DNA from: an uncultured Verrucomicrobiota bacterium
GTDB taxonomy: Bacteria > Verrucomicrobiota > Kiritimatiellia > CAIQIC01 > Lenti-01
DNA length: 51,805 nucleotides
NCBI GenBank assembly: GCA_964397035.1
Contig: CAYNHA010000014.1
Coordinates: forward strand, 1 to 51,805
Reading direction: 5' to 3'
The translations under genes were made by a program, and so were the position numbers. Below, piece after piece: positions 42,947 to 51,805 of the stretch (position 1 is the stretch's first letter; each line of letters begins with the position of its first letter). The notes beneath the pieces were generated by a model. It searched no databases. It was not told the DNA's origin and saw only the letters and a list, made by a program, of their open reading frames with translations.

Positions 42947-45796
42947 TCACCGATTCTTGGCCGCCAATTGCTTTCGCGAAGCCGCCGGTCCCAAAGCGGG
43001 CGGCTCTTTTTCCTTCACCTGGACGCTTGCGCCTCCCACCATGCCCAGCAGCTCGTTCACAATGGTGTTCAGTTCAACGGCCTGGCTGGACAACTGCTCC
43101 GATGCGCTCGCGCTTTCCTCGGCATTGGCGGCATTTTGCTGCACCACCTTGTCCATCTCGGCCACGCCCGTATTGACCTGTTCAATGCCTTGCGCCTGCT
43201 CCTTCGACGCGGAGGCAATTTCGCTGATGAGCGTCGCCACCTTGCCTGAGCTTTCCTGTATGCCTTGGAAGGTATGGCTCAAGTGCTCCACCATGCCCAC
43301 GCTGGTGTCGGCCTGCTTCTGGGAGGTTTCGATGAGTTCCGACGTGTTCTTCGCCGCATCCGCCGCACGCCGCGCCAGATTTCGGACCTCTTCGGCAACC
43401 ACGGCAAACCCCTTGCCGGCTTCTCCCGCCCTCGCCGCCTCCACCGCCGCATTCAACGCCAGCAGATTCGTCTGGAAGGAAATCTCGTCGATCGTCTTGA
43501 TGATCTTCGCCATTTCTCGTGCCGAATCCTTGATCTGCGTGATGGCCCCCGAAACCTGCTCCACCGCCCTGGCCCCTTCGTCCACCACCTTCTTGGTCTC
43601 GCCCATCAATGCATCCGCCGTGTTCGAGTGGTCGGCGTTTTGCCGGGTCATGGCGGCCATTTCCTGCAAGGCCGCGCTGCTCTCCTCCAGGCTCGAAGCC
43701 TGCTGGCTGGCCCCTTCCGCCAGTTGCTGGCTCGCGCTCGATACCTGCCCGGAAGCCGCTGTCACCTGCCGGGCACCAACGCCCAGCGCATCGGCCAACC
43801 GCTTCAAGGCGCGGTTCAACTGCGCACTGAACAAAACCGCCACCAGCGCCCCGATCACGCCCAGCACCACCACCGTCAGCACCAAGGTGATCTTCAGGGA
43901 TCGAATGTCCTGGCTGGCCTTGGCATTCACCTCCCTCGCGATGGTCAGCACTTCATCCTTCGGAGCGACCGCCGCCATCACATATCGGTTTTCTCCCAGC
44001 ACCAGCGGCGTATAGGCCACATAGCGCGCCACGCCTTCAAAGTCGTACGAGTCAAGCCCCTCCATGCCGTTCAGCATCTTGTTCTTGACCAGTTGCGCAA
44101 GGGCGCCGAATTTCGAATCGGTCGAATCAACGCCGTCCTTCAACGAAAACTTCGGATGGACCAAGACGATGCCCTTGTCGTTGAGAACATAGGCATAGCC
44201 CGTCTGGCCATAGGAGCTGTCCGAAAGCAAGTCCTTCACCAGATTCCAGTCGGCATTGATCACCACCACGCCGCGCAAGACCTCGTTCAAGAAGACCGGC
44301 GCACACACCCGGATTTCCGGCAGTCCCGTGTTCCCCGCCAACTGCACCGGCGTGACGTACACCGAGCCGGGCGTCAACTTCAGCGCCGCCTGGAACCAAT
44401 CCACGCCCTTGCGGCTTTGCAGTTCGCCATCGGCCCGGAGCTTTCCGCCAATGGCCGCCACCACCTCATTCCCGTCGGCATCAAGATAGCGCACCTGGGG
44501 ATAGGCCGCCTTTTCGCCGGAGGGCGTCAGGACCTTGGCCATGCGGCTAAGGTGAAGCAGATCCCGTTGCAGCAGCGCCAACGTCGCATCCGCGCCGCGG
44601 GCCAATTCCGCAAAATCCCCGCTCGCGCAAAGGATCCAGTCCCACTGGGGGAAATAGGTATAGGCCATGAATTTCATCTGCCCATTCGGATGGCGATATT
44701 CCAGCCATCCGAATTCCCCCTCTTTCCGGCGATCCAAGGCTTCCTGAAAAACCGCAACCTTCAGATCAGCCAACACATTTTTCCCAACCCAGTCGGCCTT
44801 CGGGTGGACCAGGAGGTCGCTCTTGGAATTCATGACAAACGCATAGCCCGTCTGGCCGATTTTCGTATCCAGAATCGCCCGAATCAGCCGGGCGTTCAAT
44901 TCGCTTTCCTTTAGCCCGACAAACAACATCCCACCGATGCTTCCATTCCCGTCCCGAACAGGCAAATAGGCGGTCAAATACCATTGATCCACCACATAGG
45001 CGCGCCCGACATAGGTTTCCCCTTTCAGCACTTCGGCCAGCACGGGGTTGGGCTTGCCATCCGGCTGGATCACCGGGATATAGGTTCCCACCGCACGCTT
45101 GCCATCGGCCCCCACCACGGTGGTGGCCACCCGCAGCATGTCGCCGGCTTCGTTCATCCGTTGGAAAAGCGTGGCCGCCCCCCCCGCCCGCCGGACAATC
45201 TCATCCACCAGAGGAGTCGGCTTCTCCACGTCCTCGTTCCGTGGAATCGCCGTGGAACCCAGTTGAACCGCGGGCAGGCTCACCACGCTGGACTCTTTCG
45301 AAAGCTGGTTGATGGCCTTCCATTCCACCTTCGATTCTTGCACATTCTGGAACTCTCCCAGCCCCTGCCGGGTCATGTCGGCCACCGACAGAGCCGCCTT
45401 GAGAGCCCTCTCGCTGGCCTCGTTCTGCACTTTGGCCAACCCCACAAAGCTGTTCAGCATCTCATTGCAGAATTCACGCGTGAAACGGTTCCAGATTTCG
45501 CTTTGTCCCGACACCGCCTCCAGATATGAAACCATCGTGCCGGAGTTGGCGATTTTCAACGCGTCCGATTCGATCATCCGGACAAATCCCGCCACCTCAT
45601 CGCGATCCCGGCGCACCCCCGCCATCAGCATCCGCTCCGCATCCGCAGACAAACGGCTCCCCGTCATTTCCGTCACATCGCCACCAAAGGACACCAGGGA
45701 TCGCAGGGAAAGCCCCCCCATCAAAAGGAGTGGAACCACCACCAGGCCAAGACAAATGCAAACCAGCTTCCTACCGAGAGTCCATGACGTCTTCAT
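42947..45796 (-). CDS. Methyl-accepting chemotaxis protein with a ~600-aa periplasmic region containing tandem Cache-like modules
   Basis: AGGAGGAG lies upstream of ATG 45796. An N-terminal TM helix is present. Two Cache-type blocks occur ([34 protein letters not shown]). A second TM, a HAMP domain and the MCP signalling hairpin [38 protein letters not shown] follow. Confidence 0.9.
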   Translation of the reverse strand: MKTSWTLGRKLVCICLGLVVVPLLLMGGLSLRSLVSFGGDVTEMTGSRLSADAERMLMAGVRRDRDEVAGFVRMIESDALKIANSGTMVSYLEAVSGQSEIWNRFTREFCNEMLNSFVGLAKVQNEASERALKAALSVADMTRQGLGEFQNVQESKVEWKAINQLSKESSVVSLPAVQLGSTAIPRNEDVEKPTPLVDEIVRRAGGAATLFQRMNEAGDMLRVATTVVGADGKRAVGTYIPVIQPDGKPNPVLAEVLKGETYVGRAYVVDQWYLTAYLPVRDGNGSIGGMLFVGLKESELNARLIRAILDTKIGQTGYAFVMNSKSDLLVHPKADWVGKNVLADLKVAVFQEALDRRKEGEFGWLEYRHPNGQMKFMAYTYFPQWDWILCASGDFAELARGADATLALLQRDLLHLSRMAKVLTPSGEKAAYPQVRYLDADGNEVVAAIGGKLRADGELQSRKGVDWFQAALKLTPGSVYVTPVQLAGNTGLPEIRVCAPVFLNEVLRGVVVINADWNLVKDLLSDSSYGQTGYAYVLNDKGIVLVHPKFSLKDGVDSTDSKFGALAQLVKNKMLNGMEGLDSYDFEGVARYVAYTPLVLGENRYVMAAVAPKDEVLTIAREVNAKASQDIRSLKITLVLTVVVLGVIGALVAVLFSAQLNRALKRLADALGVGARQVTAASGQVSSASQQLAEGASQQASSLEESSAALQEMAAMTRQNADHSNTADALMGETKKVVDEGARAVEQVSGAITQIKDSAREMAKIIKTIDEISFQTNLLALNAAVEAARAGEAGKGFAVVAEEVRNLARRAADAAKNTSELIETSQKQADTSVGMVEHLSHTFQGIQESSGKVATLISEIASASKEQAQGIEQVNTGVAEMDKVVQQNAANAEESASASEQLSSQAVELNTIVNELLGMVGGASVQVKEKEPPALGPAASRKQLAAKNR
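43040..43812. repeat. Paralogous DNA segment (MCP signalling domain), copy 1
   Basis: Long runs are identical or near-identical to 46130-46892, e.g. CTTTCCTCGGCATTGGC...CTGCACCACCTTGTCCATCTC...GCCACGCCCGT. The encoded ~255 aa look roughly 85% identical by eye. Confidence 0.8.
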
Positions 45797-45915
45797 CGCA
45801 CTCCTCCTGCTTTTCTCCAACCCGAACCCGCTCTTTCACCGACTCCGCGCAACCACGCACCACGGCCTGCATCTTGTGCCGATGCAGGCCATGGATATCC
45901 TGCTCAAGCCCAAAG

Positions 45916-47916
45916 CTAGAATTTGTTCAGTTCGTCATCATCCAGGGGAATCACTTCCTCCGGATGCGCCACCTTGGCCGGCGCCTTGGAGGCCAACTGT
46001 TTCGGGGCGGCCTTGGCAGAAGCCGGATGCACCGCAGGCGCGTGAGGGGCAGCCAATGTGGCATGCTTACGGGCCACTGGCCGAACCGATCCTTCCGCCG
46101 CCTTGGAGGCACTCCCTCCAACCAAAGCCATCAGCTCCTCCACCATCAGCTTGAGCTCAACCGCCTGGCTGGAAAGCTCTTCGGAAGCGCTGGCGCTTTC
46201 CTCGGCATTGGCCGCGTTCTGCTGCACCACCTTGTCCATCTCCGCCACGCCCGTGTTGACCTGCTCGATGCCCTGCGCCTGCTCCTTCGAAGCCGCCGCG
46301 ATTTCGCTGACCAGCGTCGCCACCTTGCCCGAGCTTTCTTCGATCCCAACAAACGTCTTGGTCAAGTTCTCCACCATCGTCACACTCATGTCGGCGTTCT
46401 TCTGCGAGGTCTCGATCAGCTCCGACGTCGTCTTGGCCGCATCCGCCGCCCGCCGCGCCAGGTTGCGTACTTCTTCGGCCACCACCGCAAAGCCCTTGCC
46501 CGCTTCGCCCGCGCGTGCCGCTTCCACCGCGGCATTCAGCGCCAGCAGGTTCGTCTGGAACGCGATCTCATCGATGGTCTTGATGATCTTTGCCGTCTCG
46601 CGCGCCGAATTCTTGATCAAACCAATGGCTCCCGAAACCTGATCCACGGCTTTGGCCCCATCCCCCACCACCTTCTTGGTCGTGCCCATCAACACATCCG
46701 CCTTGCCCGCATTGTCGGCATTCTGGCGCGTCATCGAGGCCATTTCCTGCAACGCCGCGCTGCTCTCTTCCAGGCTCGACGCCTGCTCGCTGGCCCCCTG
46801 CGCCAACTGCTGGCTCGCGCACGACACCTGGCCCGAAGCCGAAGTCACTTGCTCCGCTCCACTACTCAACGCATCCGCCAGTTTCTTCAAGGCTTTATTG
46901 ATGCTACGAGTAAGGAGGATGGCCACCAGAAACCCCAGAAGAGCGCCACTCGCCAGGCCGATCACTACCACATAGATCGCCCTCTGCAGGGAAGAGGCCG
47001 CCGCCGCCGCACCTGTCGTCGTCTCTTTCATGGCAACGCCTGCCGTCTCCTGTGCAGCTTCCGTCACCTTGACACCCAATTCGGCCCACTTCTTCAGCAC
47101 GCTCTCCCGTTGATTCCACGCCACAAGAAAACGGTCCATATTGTCTGAATAGGCCTTACCAGCGGCGGCATTCTGGCGGATCAGCTCTTTGTCCTTGGAA
47201 TCATCGGTCAGGGCACCCAAATCCGCCAAATGTTTTTCAACTGTCGCAAACCGTTTTTGAGTGGCCAGGAAATGTTCCGGATCGCGATTGGCAATGGCAT
47301 ACCATGTCCCAATGATGATGGCATTCCCCTCGTCAAGGATGTTGTTCACAATCTTGACTTGCTTGTTCAACTCAATCACGGCGCTAGCCTTGGCATCGGG
47401 ATTCTTCCCCAATTCCTGAATCTGCTTTTCCTTGGCCTCGATATAGGTTGCACAAGCGTCCATGAAGGTTTTGGCATTGACCAGCGATGTGCTTTCCTCC
47501 TTGCGCATCGCCGCAATCGAGTCAACCATGACTTGGGACAACTGGTCGTATTCCGTGGCGGAACTCGTTGCGATTCTCGCATTGTCTCTTAGCCAGTCGA
47601 TGTTTTCAGATTCGGCCAAACGGGTTGCGGACTTCAAATTTTCATGAACCGCGTCCATGTTTTTCCGATAAGCTCCCAGCTTCTCGTCCGTGCTAATGAA
47701 CGTGTAGTACAAGGCGGAAAGACGAGTCGCCAACGCCATCCGTTCCACGCTGTTGGCCACCGTGGCGGCCGGCACATACTGTTTATCCATCACGTTGGCC
47801 ACGCGAGCCACTCCGCTCATGCTGTAGACAGCAACGGCTCCGATGGCGATGGCAATCACAATGATGGTCAAAAATCCTGCAATCAGTTTCTTTCCAATGG
47901 TCCAATTCGAATTCAT
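45916..47916 (-). CDS. Methyl-accepting chemotaxis protein with a helical (4HB-like) periplasmic sensor
   Basis: N-terminus [33 protein letters not shown] helical sensor, second TM and HAMP domain follow. The signalling domain is nearly identical to the neighbouring MCP. The tail is a long Ala/Pro/Lys-rich C-terminal region ending DDDELNKF. Confidence 0.9.
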   Translation of the reverse strand: MNSNWTIGKKLIAGFLTIIVIAIAIGAVAVYSMSGVARVANVMDKQYVPAATVANSVERMALATRLSALYYTFISTDEKLGAYRKNMDAVHENLKSATRLAESENIDWLRDNARIATSSATEYDQLSQVMVDSIAAMRKEESTSLVNAKTFMDACATYIEAKEKQIQELGKNPDAKASAVIELNKQVKIVNNILDEGNAIIIGTWYAIANRDPEHFLATQKRFATVEKHLADLGALTDDSKDKELIRQNAAAGKAYSDNMDRFLVAWNQRESVLKKWAELGVKVTEAAQETAGVAMKETTTGAAAAASSLQRAIYVVVIGLASGALLGFLVAILLTRSINKALKKLADALSSGAEQVTSASGQVSCASQQLAQGASEQASSLEESSAALQEMASMTRQNADNAGKADVLMGTTKKVVGDGAKAVDQVSGAIGLIKNSARETAKIIKTIDEIAFQTNLLALNAAVEAARAGEAGKGFAVVAEEVRNLARRAADAAKTTSELIETSQKNADMSVTMVENLTKTFVGIEESSGKVATLVSEIAAASKEQAQGIEQVNTGVAEMDKVVQQNAANAEESASASEELSSQAVELKLMVEELMALVGGSASKAAEGSVRPVARKHATLAAPHAPAVHPASAKAAPKQLASKAPAKVAHPEEVIPLDDDELNKF
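46130..46892. repeat. Paralogous DNA segment (MCP signalling domain), copy 2
   Basis: See 43040-43812. Confidence 0.8.
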
Positions 47917-47986
47917 TTCAAATATCCCTTTACTATAATCGATCGTTTTGCTGCTCCAGAACCTGGGAAGAACATTCCCCCCCCAC

Positions 47987-48505
47987 CTACCCCATCGTCG
48001 TGACGGTAGCCACCTCTTCGCCTGTCAGCACCTTGTCCACATCCATCAACGTCACTACACGGTCGCCCACCTTGCCCATGCCCAGGATGAACGAGGTGTC
48101 CACCGCGGTCCCGAACTCCGGCGCCGGCTCGATGCTCGCTCCCGCCACATCCAGCACCTCGGACACTTCGTCGACAATGATTCCCATGATGACAGACCCG
48201 CTTCCCCGGTGCACGGTGACTACAATGATGCAGGTCTTGTCCGTGCCCTCGCGCCGATCCATTTCGAACTTCAGGCGCAAATCCACCACCGGAATCACCT
48301 TCCCGCGCAGGTTGATGACCCCCCTCACAAATGCAGGCGTCCGTGGCACCCGCGTGATGTCCATCATCTTGATGATTTCTTGCACCTTCAGGATTTCAAG
48401 GCCGAATTCCTCGGCATCGAGCTTGAAGGTCAGATACTTTCCCGCCAGCGAGGACAACGCGCCCCCCCCGGTTTTCGTTGCCACATTCTTCTCCGATATA
48501 GACAT
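47987..48505 (-). CDS. cheW: Chemotaxis coupling protein CheW
   Basis: [23 protein letters not shown]...[25 protein letters not shown] is the canonical CheW core. Confidence 0.9.
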   Translation of the reverse strand: MSISEKNVATKTGGGALSSLAGKYLTFKLDAEEFGLEILKVQEIIKMMDITRVPRTPAFVRGVINLRGKVIPVVDLRLKFEMDRREGTDKTCIIVVTVHRGSGSVIMGIIVDEVSEVLDVAGASIEPAPEFGTAVDTSFILGMGKVGDRVVTLMDVDKVLTGEEVATVTTMG

Positions 48506-48654
48506 GCCCTACCCTTTCTTGCCATTCCATTGAAGACCAACGTTCAGCCGACGGGTTTCAGGCTATCAAAAATTCACCCCGAATCAAATCAAAAGCATTT
48601 CACCAAGAAAAAACGCTTCACACCGAACGCTCCATGAGTTCGCCCCGGTCCTGC

Positions 48655-50286
48655 CTACGGACGGCTTTCCCATGCACCGGTGGTCATGTTCCGGAACCAG
48701 CGCGGGTTGGTCGATCCGTTGTACCACAGCCAGCCCGCCGGAGAACTTCGGTACAAGTACGGATAGGTCTCGCTGCTCGTCCACAGCCAGCCCATGTCCT
48801 GCGTGTAAAACCAGATGCTGCTTGGAATGGAATTCGCCGAAGCAAACCAGAACTTGTGCTTGTTGTGCCAAATCCACCCGGCGGAGCCCATCGGCACATA
48901 GTCACCAAGCCAGGACAGCCGCCTCCATCCGCTTCCAATATCCTGATAGCCCGAATCCCATGGGCTGAGCCACTTGGAAATCAACGGAAACGTGACACTG
49001 AATCGGCCGTAATCGTCGGTTCCCGATAGATCGTCGCAGGAAGAGCTTCCTCCCCAAAGTTGACCAATCACCTGCCGCGAAGAATTGAAGAGCGGGCTTC
49101 CGCTGCTCCCGGGCTCCGTGACGCCCGACGACCAGCGCATGGTCCAGTAATTGGCTGTTTCGCTTGTAAGCGCCCCATGGCTGATGCGCTTGTAGCTTCC
49201 ATCCGGATGGTGGATTCCCTTCACCGCCGCCCCGCTACCCGGATGGCTCGCCGTCCAGCCCGAATAGGTGACCCCGCCGGGCGTTGCCTGGCGCAATTTC
49301 AAAAATGCAAAATCATTGGCTTGGAGTCGGGTCCGGCCTTGCAGATAATCCGCCCCCTGCCCCGTGCGGGAAACACTCGCGGGATTGGGCGGTGTGCCAT
49401 TGCAGGTGGACGTTTGATAGAACCAGTAGTACTCCGTTGTCGACGCTTCGGTTTGATCTCCCACGCAATGGTTCGCTGTCAGGAAATAGTCGATGTGGTC
49501 CTGCGCCACGTCGTTCAACAACGTTCCCGTGCACCACAGCACGCCACTATCCCCGATGGTTCCAATGCCAGCCACGCTGTTTCCCGTGCTGCGCCAATTG
49601 GCATCCGCGCACGTGATATCGTTGTGGCAATTCCCTTCTTTGGCGACAACCAGGTTCTCGAAGGTGACATAGAGATGCGCAATCTTGGAAATGGAAAACG
49701 AAAAGACGGATTCATCCGCAAAGGCCGGAACCTGGCATTCCAACACCACCGCCTGGTCAAACACCGTCTCCGTCCACAACCGCTCACCCTCCACAAGCGC
49801 CTCACGGCCATACGGTCCAACCGTTTGATCCGGATGAAGGAAACTCGACACCCGGAGGGTTCCCCCTTCGGGAAGAACCACGCCATCCAGTCCCAGGCGA
49901 ATCCCGGTGGCCGTCGGCGACTCGATGGCAAGGGCCCACACCTTGGTGCCATCCGGTGCAACGGACCATGCCGATTGTTTGGCCTTGCCAACTCCAAACG
50001 GCGTTGGCAACTCTCGAACCATGCCGATCGTCCGCACCCCCTTCGCCTGCCCTTCGCCATCCGCCGCCACATATTCGCCATCCGTTGGGGCATCCAACCG
50101 AACCCATTCCCCAATCTTCGCCTGCCCCGCCAACGCCAGCGATTTTGCCTTTGCCACCTCCAGTGCTTCCAGCGGCTTTGTGCTTGCCCCCATTGAGGGC
50201 TCCATGGAAACCGCTCCTAACGAAAACATCGGACACCCGGCAAGAAAACCCATCATCCATGCGACTTTCCGACTGATTCCGGTCAT
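48655..50286 (-). CDS. Secreted S1-family (trypsin/lysyl-endopeptidase-like) serine protease with a Trp-rich C-terminal repeat region
   Basis: The signal/lipobox is MMGFLAGC. The catalytic triad context is FLTANHCV (His), NDFAFLKL (Asp) and EPGSSGSPLF (Ser). The last ~110 aa contain repeated GW-W / WLW / W-Y motifs. Confidence 0.8.
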   Translation of the reverse strand: MTGISRKVAWMMGFLAGCPMFSLGAVSMEPSMGASTKPLEALEVAKAKSLALAGQAKIGEWVRLDAPTDGEYVAADGEGQAKGVRTIGMVRELPTPFGVGKAKQSAWSVAPDGTKVWALAIESPTATGIRLGLDGVVLPEGGTLRVSSFLHPDQTVGPYGREALVEGERLWTETVFDQAVVLECQVPAFADESVFSFSISKIAHLYVTFENLVVAKEGNCHNDITCADANWRSTGNSVAGIGTIGDSGVLWCTGTLLNDVAQDHIDYFLTANHCVGDQTEASTTEYYWFYQTSTCNGTPPNPASVSRTGQGADYLQGRTRLQANDFAFLKLRQATPGGVTYSGWTASHPGSGAAVKGIHHPDGSYKRISHGALTSETANYWTMRWSSGVTEPGSSGSPLFNSSRQVIGQLWGGSSSCDDLSGTDDYGRFSVTFPLISKWLSPWDSGYQDIGSGWRRLSWLGDYVPMGSAGWIWHNKHKFWFASANSIPSSIWFYTQDMGWLWTSSETYPYLYRSSPAGWLWYNGSTNPRWFRNMTTGAWESRP

Positions 50287-50438
50287 ATCTGGTCCTGTCC
50301 GTTGAACTATTCTTTGAATTCGCTTTGGCCATCCTACCGAATACTCCCTTCCAAGACAAACGAGAAGAATTTCATCGAATCGGTATATTCTTGCCGCCTG
50401 CTTCGTATTGCGGTTTTAATCAAGCGAAACCAACTTTC

Positions 50439-51805
50439 ATGGAGCAAGTCCCGACAATGTGGCGCCGAGGTGCCGCCGGCATGGCCGGCGGCTTGGCCGC
50501 CATTGTCGGCGCAGCCTATTCCGCGCTGGTGATGGCAGAGCTGGGCCTCTTCCGCTGGATCCCCTGCGTTATACTGGCCATCGTCTCCGGCATGGTCGCC
50601 GCGCGGTGGGTATATCGGCGGGCCCAACCGCCGGACAGGGCCGAGAAAGCCGCCTGGCTGGCCGCGATTCTCTTGGCGGGAAGTTCTCTGGCCATGACCC
50701 TGCCTCCGGGTGAAATGCTGCTGGGCGGATGGGATCCCGGCGTCTATCTGCACACCGCAGCAGCCATCGCCGACCATGGCTCGCTGCAAATTCCGGCCGA
50801 AGACATCGCCCAACTGCCCGCCGAATTGCGCCCCGATCTTGTCGTGGAAATCGCAGGCTGGAAGCATCCGTTTCCCGGCATGTTTCCCCTTCCAAACGAA
50901 CGATTGTCGCCCCAGTTCATGCATCTATATCCATCGTTGATGGCTGTGGTCTATTCCATCGGCGGCATTCGGGGCGCCCTGCTGCTCAATCCACTCCTAA
51001 ACGTGGTGACTATCCTGCTGATGTTCTGGTTTGCCTCCAAAATCCTCGGCCCCCGCTGGGGGCTTGCCGCCTCGCTGCTCCTGGCCGTCAATCCGGCCCA
51101 GGTGTGGCAGGCCAGATTTGGCACGGCCGAAATCCTTGGACAAATCCTCCTGCTGGCCGCTTCCGGCATCCTGATCCATTCCTTCCGGAATCCACGAAAC
51201 CTGTTGCCCGCTGCGCTTTCCGGATTCCTCTTCGGATTGGCCTTCTTCACCCGCTACGATGCCGTTCTATTTCTGGCTCCCTTGATTCTTCTCGCGATCG
51301 CCCTGAATCCGGCGCGCGAAAACCGCCGTATGTTGACCGCTTTTCTTCTCGCCCTCGCCGCCGTTGGCATCCACGCCGCCGTTCACATGACGGTTGTGGC
51401 TCCCTGCTATCGCCCTCTGCCCGGCCTGGTCTTCCCGTTGCTGGCCATGGTGCTGGCACTCGGCGGGGTGGCGTGGGGAATGGCTTATCTGTTCCCTCGG
51501 CAACCCAAACCCTCGCTTGTATGGGCCATCCGCATCCTTCTTTCCGTTGCTCTCTTCGCCTTCGCACTCTTCGTCGGCTATCTGCGCCCGCGGTTGACGG
51601 TCGACGGCCACATTCAACACCTTGCGGAATTCGCCTTGCAGGCCATCCGGCACCCCCAATGGTTATCCCTTCTGGCCGGCCCCAACGCCTTCAATGGCGA
51701 CTATTTGATGGCCATTTTCACCGGGCCTGGACTGTTCATGGCCCTGGCGGGGATAGCCGCCTTGATTGCACGCACCCGGGATCGGGGCATCGCGGCGTGG
51801 CTGCT
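50439..51805 (+). CDS. Polytopic membrane protein, GT-C fold glycosyltransferase-like (ArnT/PMT family-like), truncated by the window end
   Basis: Not in the ORF track because it has no stop in the window. The frame is open from ATG 50439 (alt. ATG 50457) to the end, about 455 codons. There are about 10 hydrophobic helices. The first loop carries GGWDPGVYLHTAAAIADHGSL, a typical Asp-containing GT-C loop-1 motif. Confidence 0.6.
   Translation, partial: MEQVPTMWRRGAAGMAGGLAAIVGAAYSALVMAELGLFRWIPCVILAIVSGMVAARWVYRRAQPPDRAEKAAWLAAILLAGSSLAMTLPPGEMLLGGWDPGVYLHTAAAIADHGSLQIPAEDIAQLPAELRPDLVVEIAGWKHPFPGMFPLPNERLSPQFMHLYPSLMAVVYSIGGIRGALLLNPLLNVVTILLMFWFASKILGPRWGLAASLLLAVNPAQVWQARFGTAEILGQILLLAASGILIHSFRNPRNLLPAALSGFLFGLAFFTRYDAVLFLAPLILLAIALNPARENRRMLTAFLLALAAVGIHAAVHMTVVAPCYRPLPGLVFPLLAMVLALGGVAWGMAYLFPRQPKPSLVWAIRILLSVALFAFALFVGYLRPRLTVDGHIQHLAEFALQAIRHPQWLSLLAGPNAFNGDYLMAIFTGPGLFMALAGIAALIARTRDRGIAAWL

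Overview
GC-rich bacterial chromosomal segment with about 50 protein genes and 2 tRNAs. I saw no rRNA, CRISPR array, transposase or integrase. The gene content includes a Ser-type sulfatase, a giant secreted GH57 with CBM25-like modules, prepilin-type N-termini, ackA/pfk and an Mrp-linked [NiFe] hydrogenase. This suggests an anaerobic, polysaccharide-fermenting member of the PVC group (Kiritimatiellota/Verrucomicrobiota/Lentisphaerota-like), but that taxonomic guess is inference only. Order of features: sulfatase + beta-barrel OMP (+); secreted propeller-like protein, Zn-ribbon membrane protein, tRNA-Ser, tRNA-Leu and the 1311-aa GH57 enzyme (-); a 410-bp motif-dense AT-rich spacer; a TatT/DctPQM TRAP transporter preceded by a divergent orphan ParB (-); thioesterase, pseudopilin, pyrH, frr, M23 peptidase, coiled-coil protein and two mini-ORFs (+); a secreted metallophosphoesterase fused to a starch-binding-like module (-); a large radical-SAM protein plus two unknowns, then potA-potB-potC::potD (+); DUF3089 hydrolase; rpsU, ackA, a DUF4139-like gene broken by one in-frame TAG, and pfk (+); a complete 14-gene mbhA-N type hydrogenase operon, two MCPs, cheW and an S1 protease (-); and a truncated GT-C membrane glycosyltransferase (+). 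I found no recognisable defence, toxin or mobile system. The most unusual signals are non-coding or architectural. They are: a dispersed family of paired 19-bp palindromes (TTTTCCACA-N-TGTGGAAAA, DnaA-box-like arms) just downstream of stop codons at four loci; a perfect 32-bp palindrome upstream of pfk; the DnaA-box/AT-rich spacer upstream of GH57; the phosphatase-CBM and PotC-PotD fusions; the orphan ParB joined to the TRAP operon; and the interrupted DUF4139 gene. All family names come from motif recognition by eye, not from database searches.
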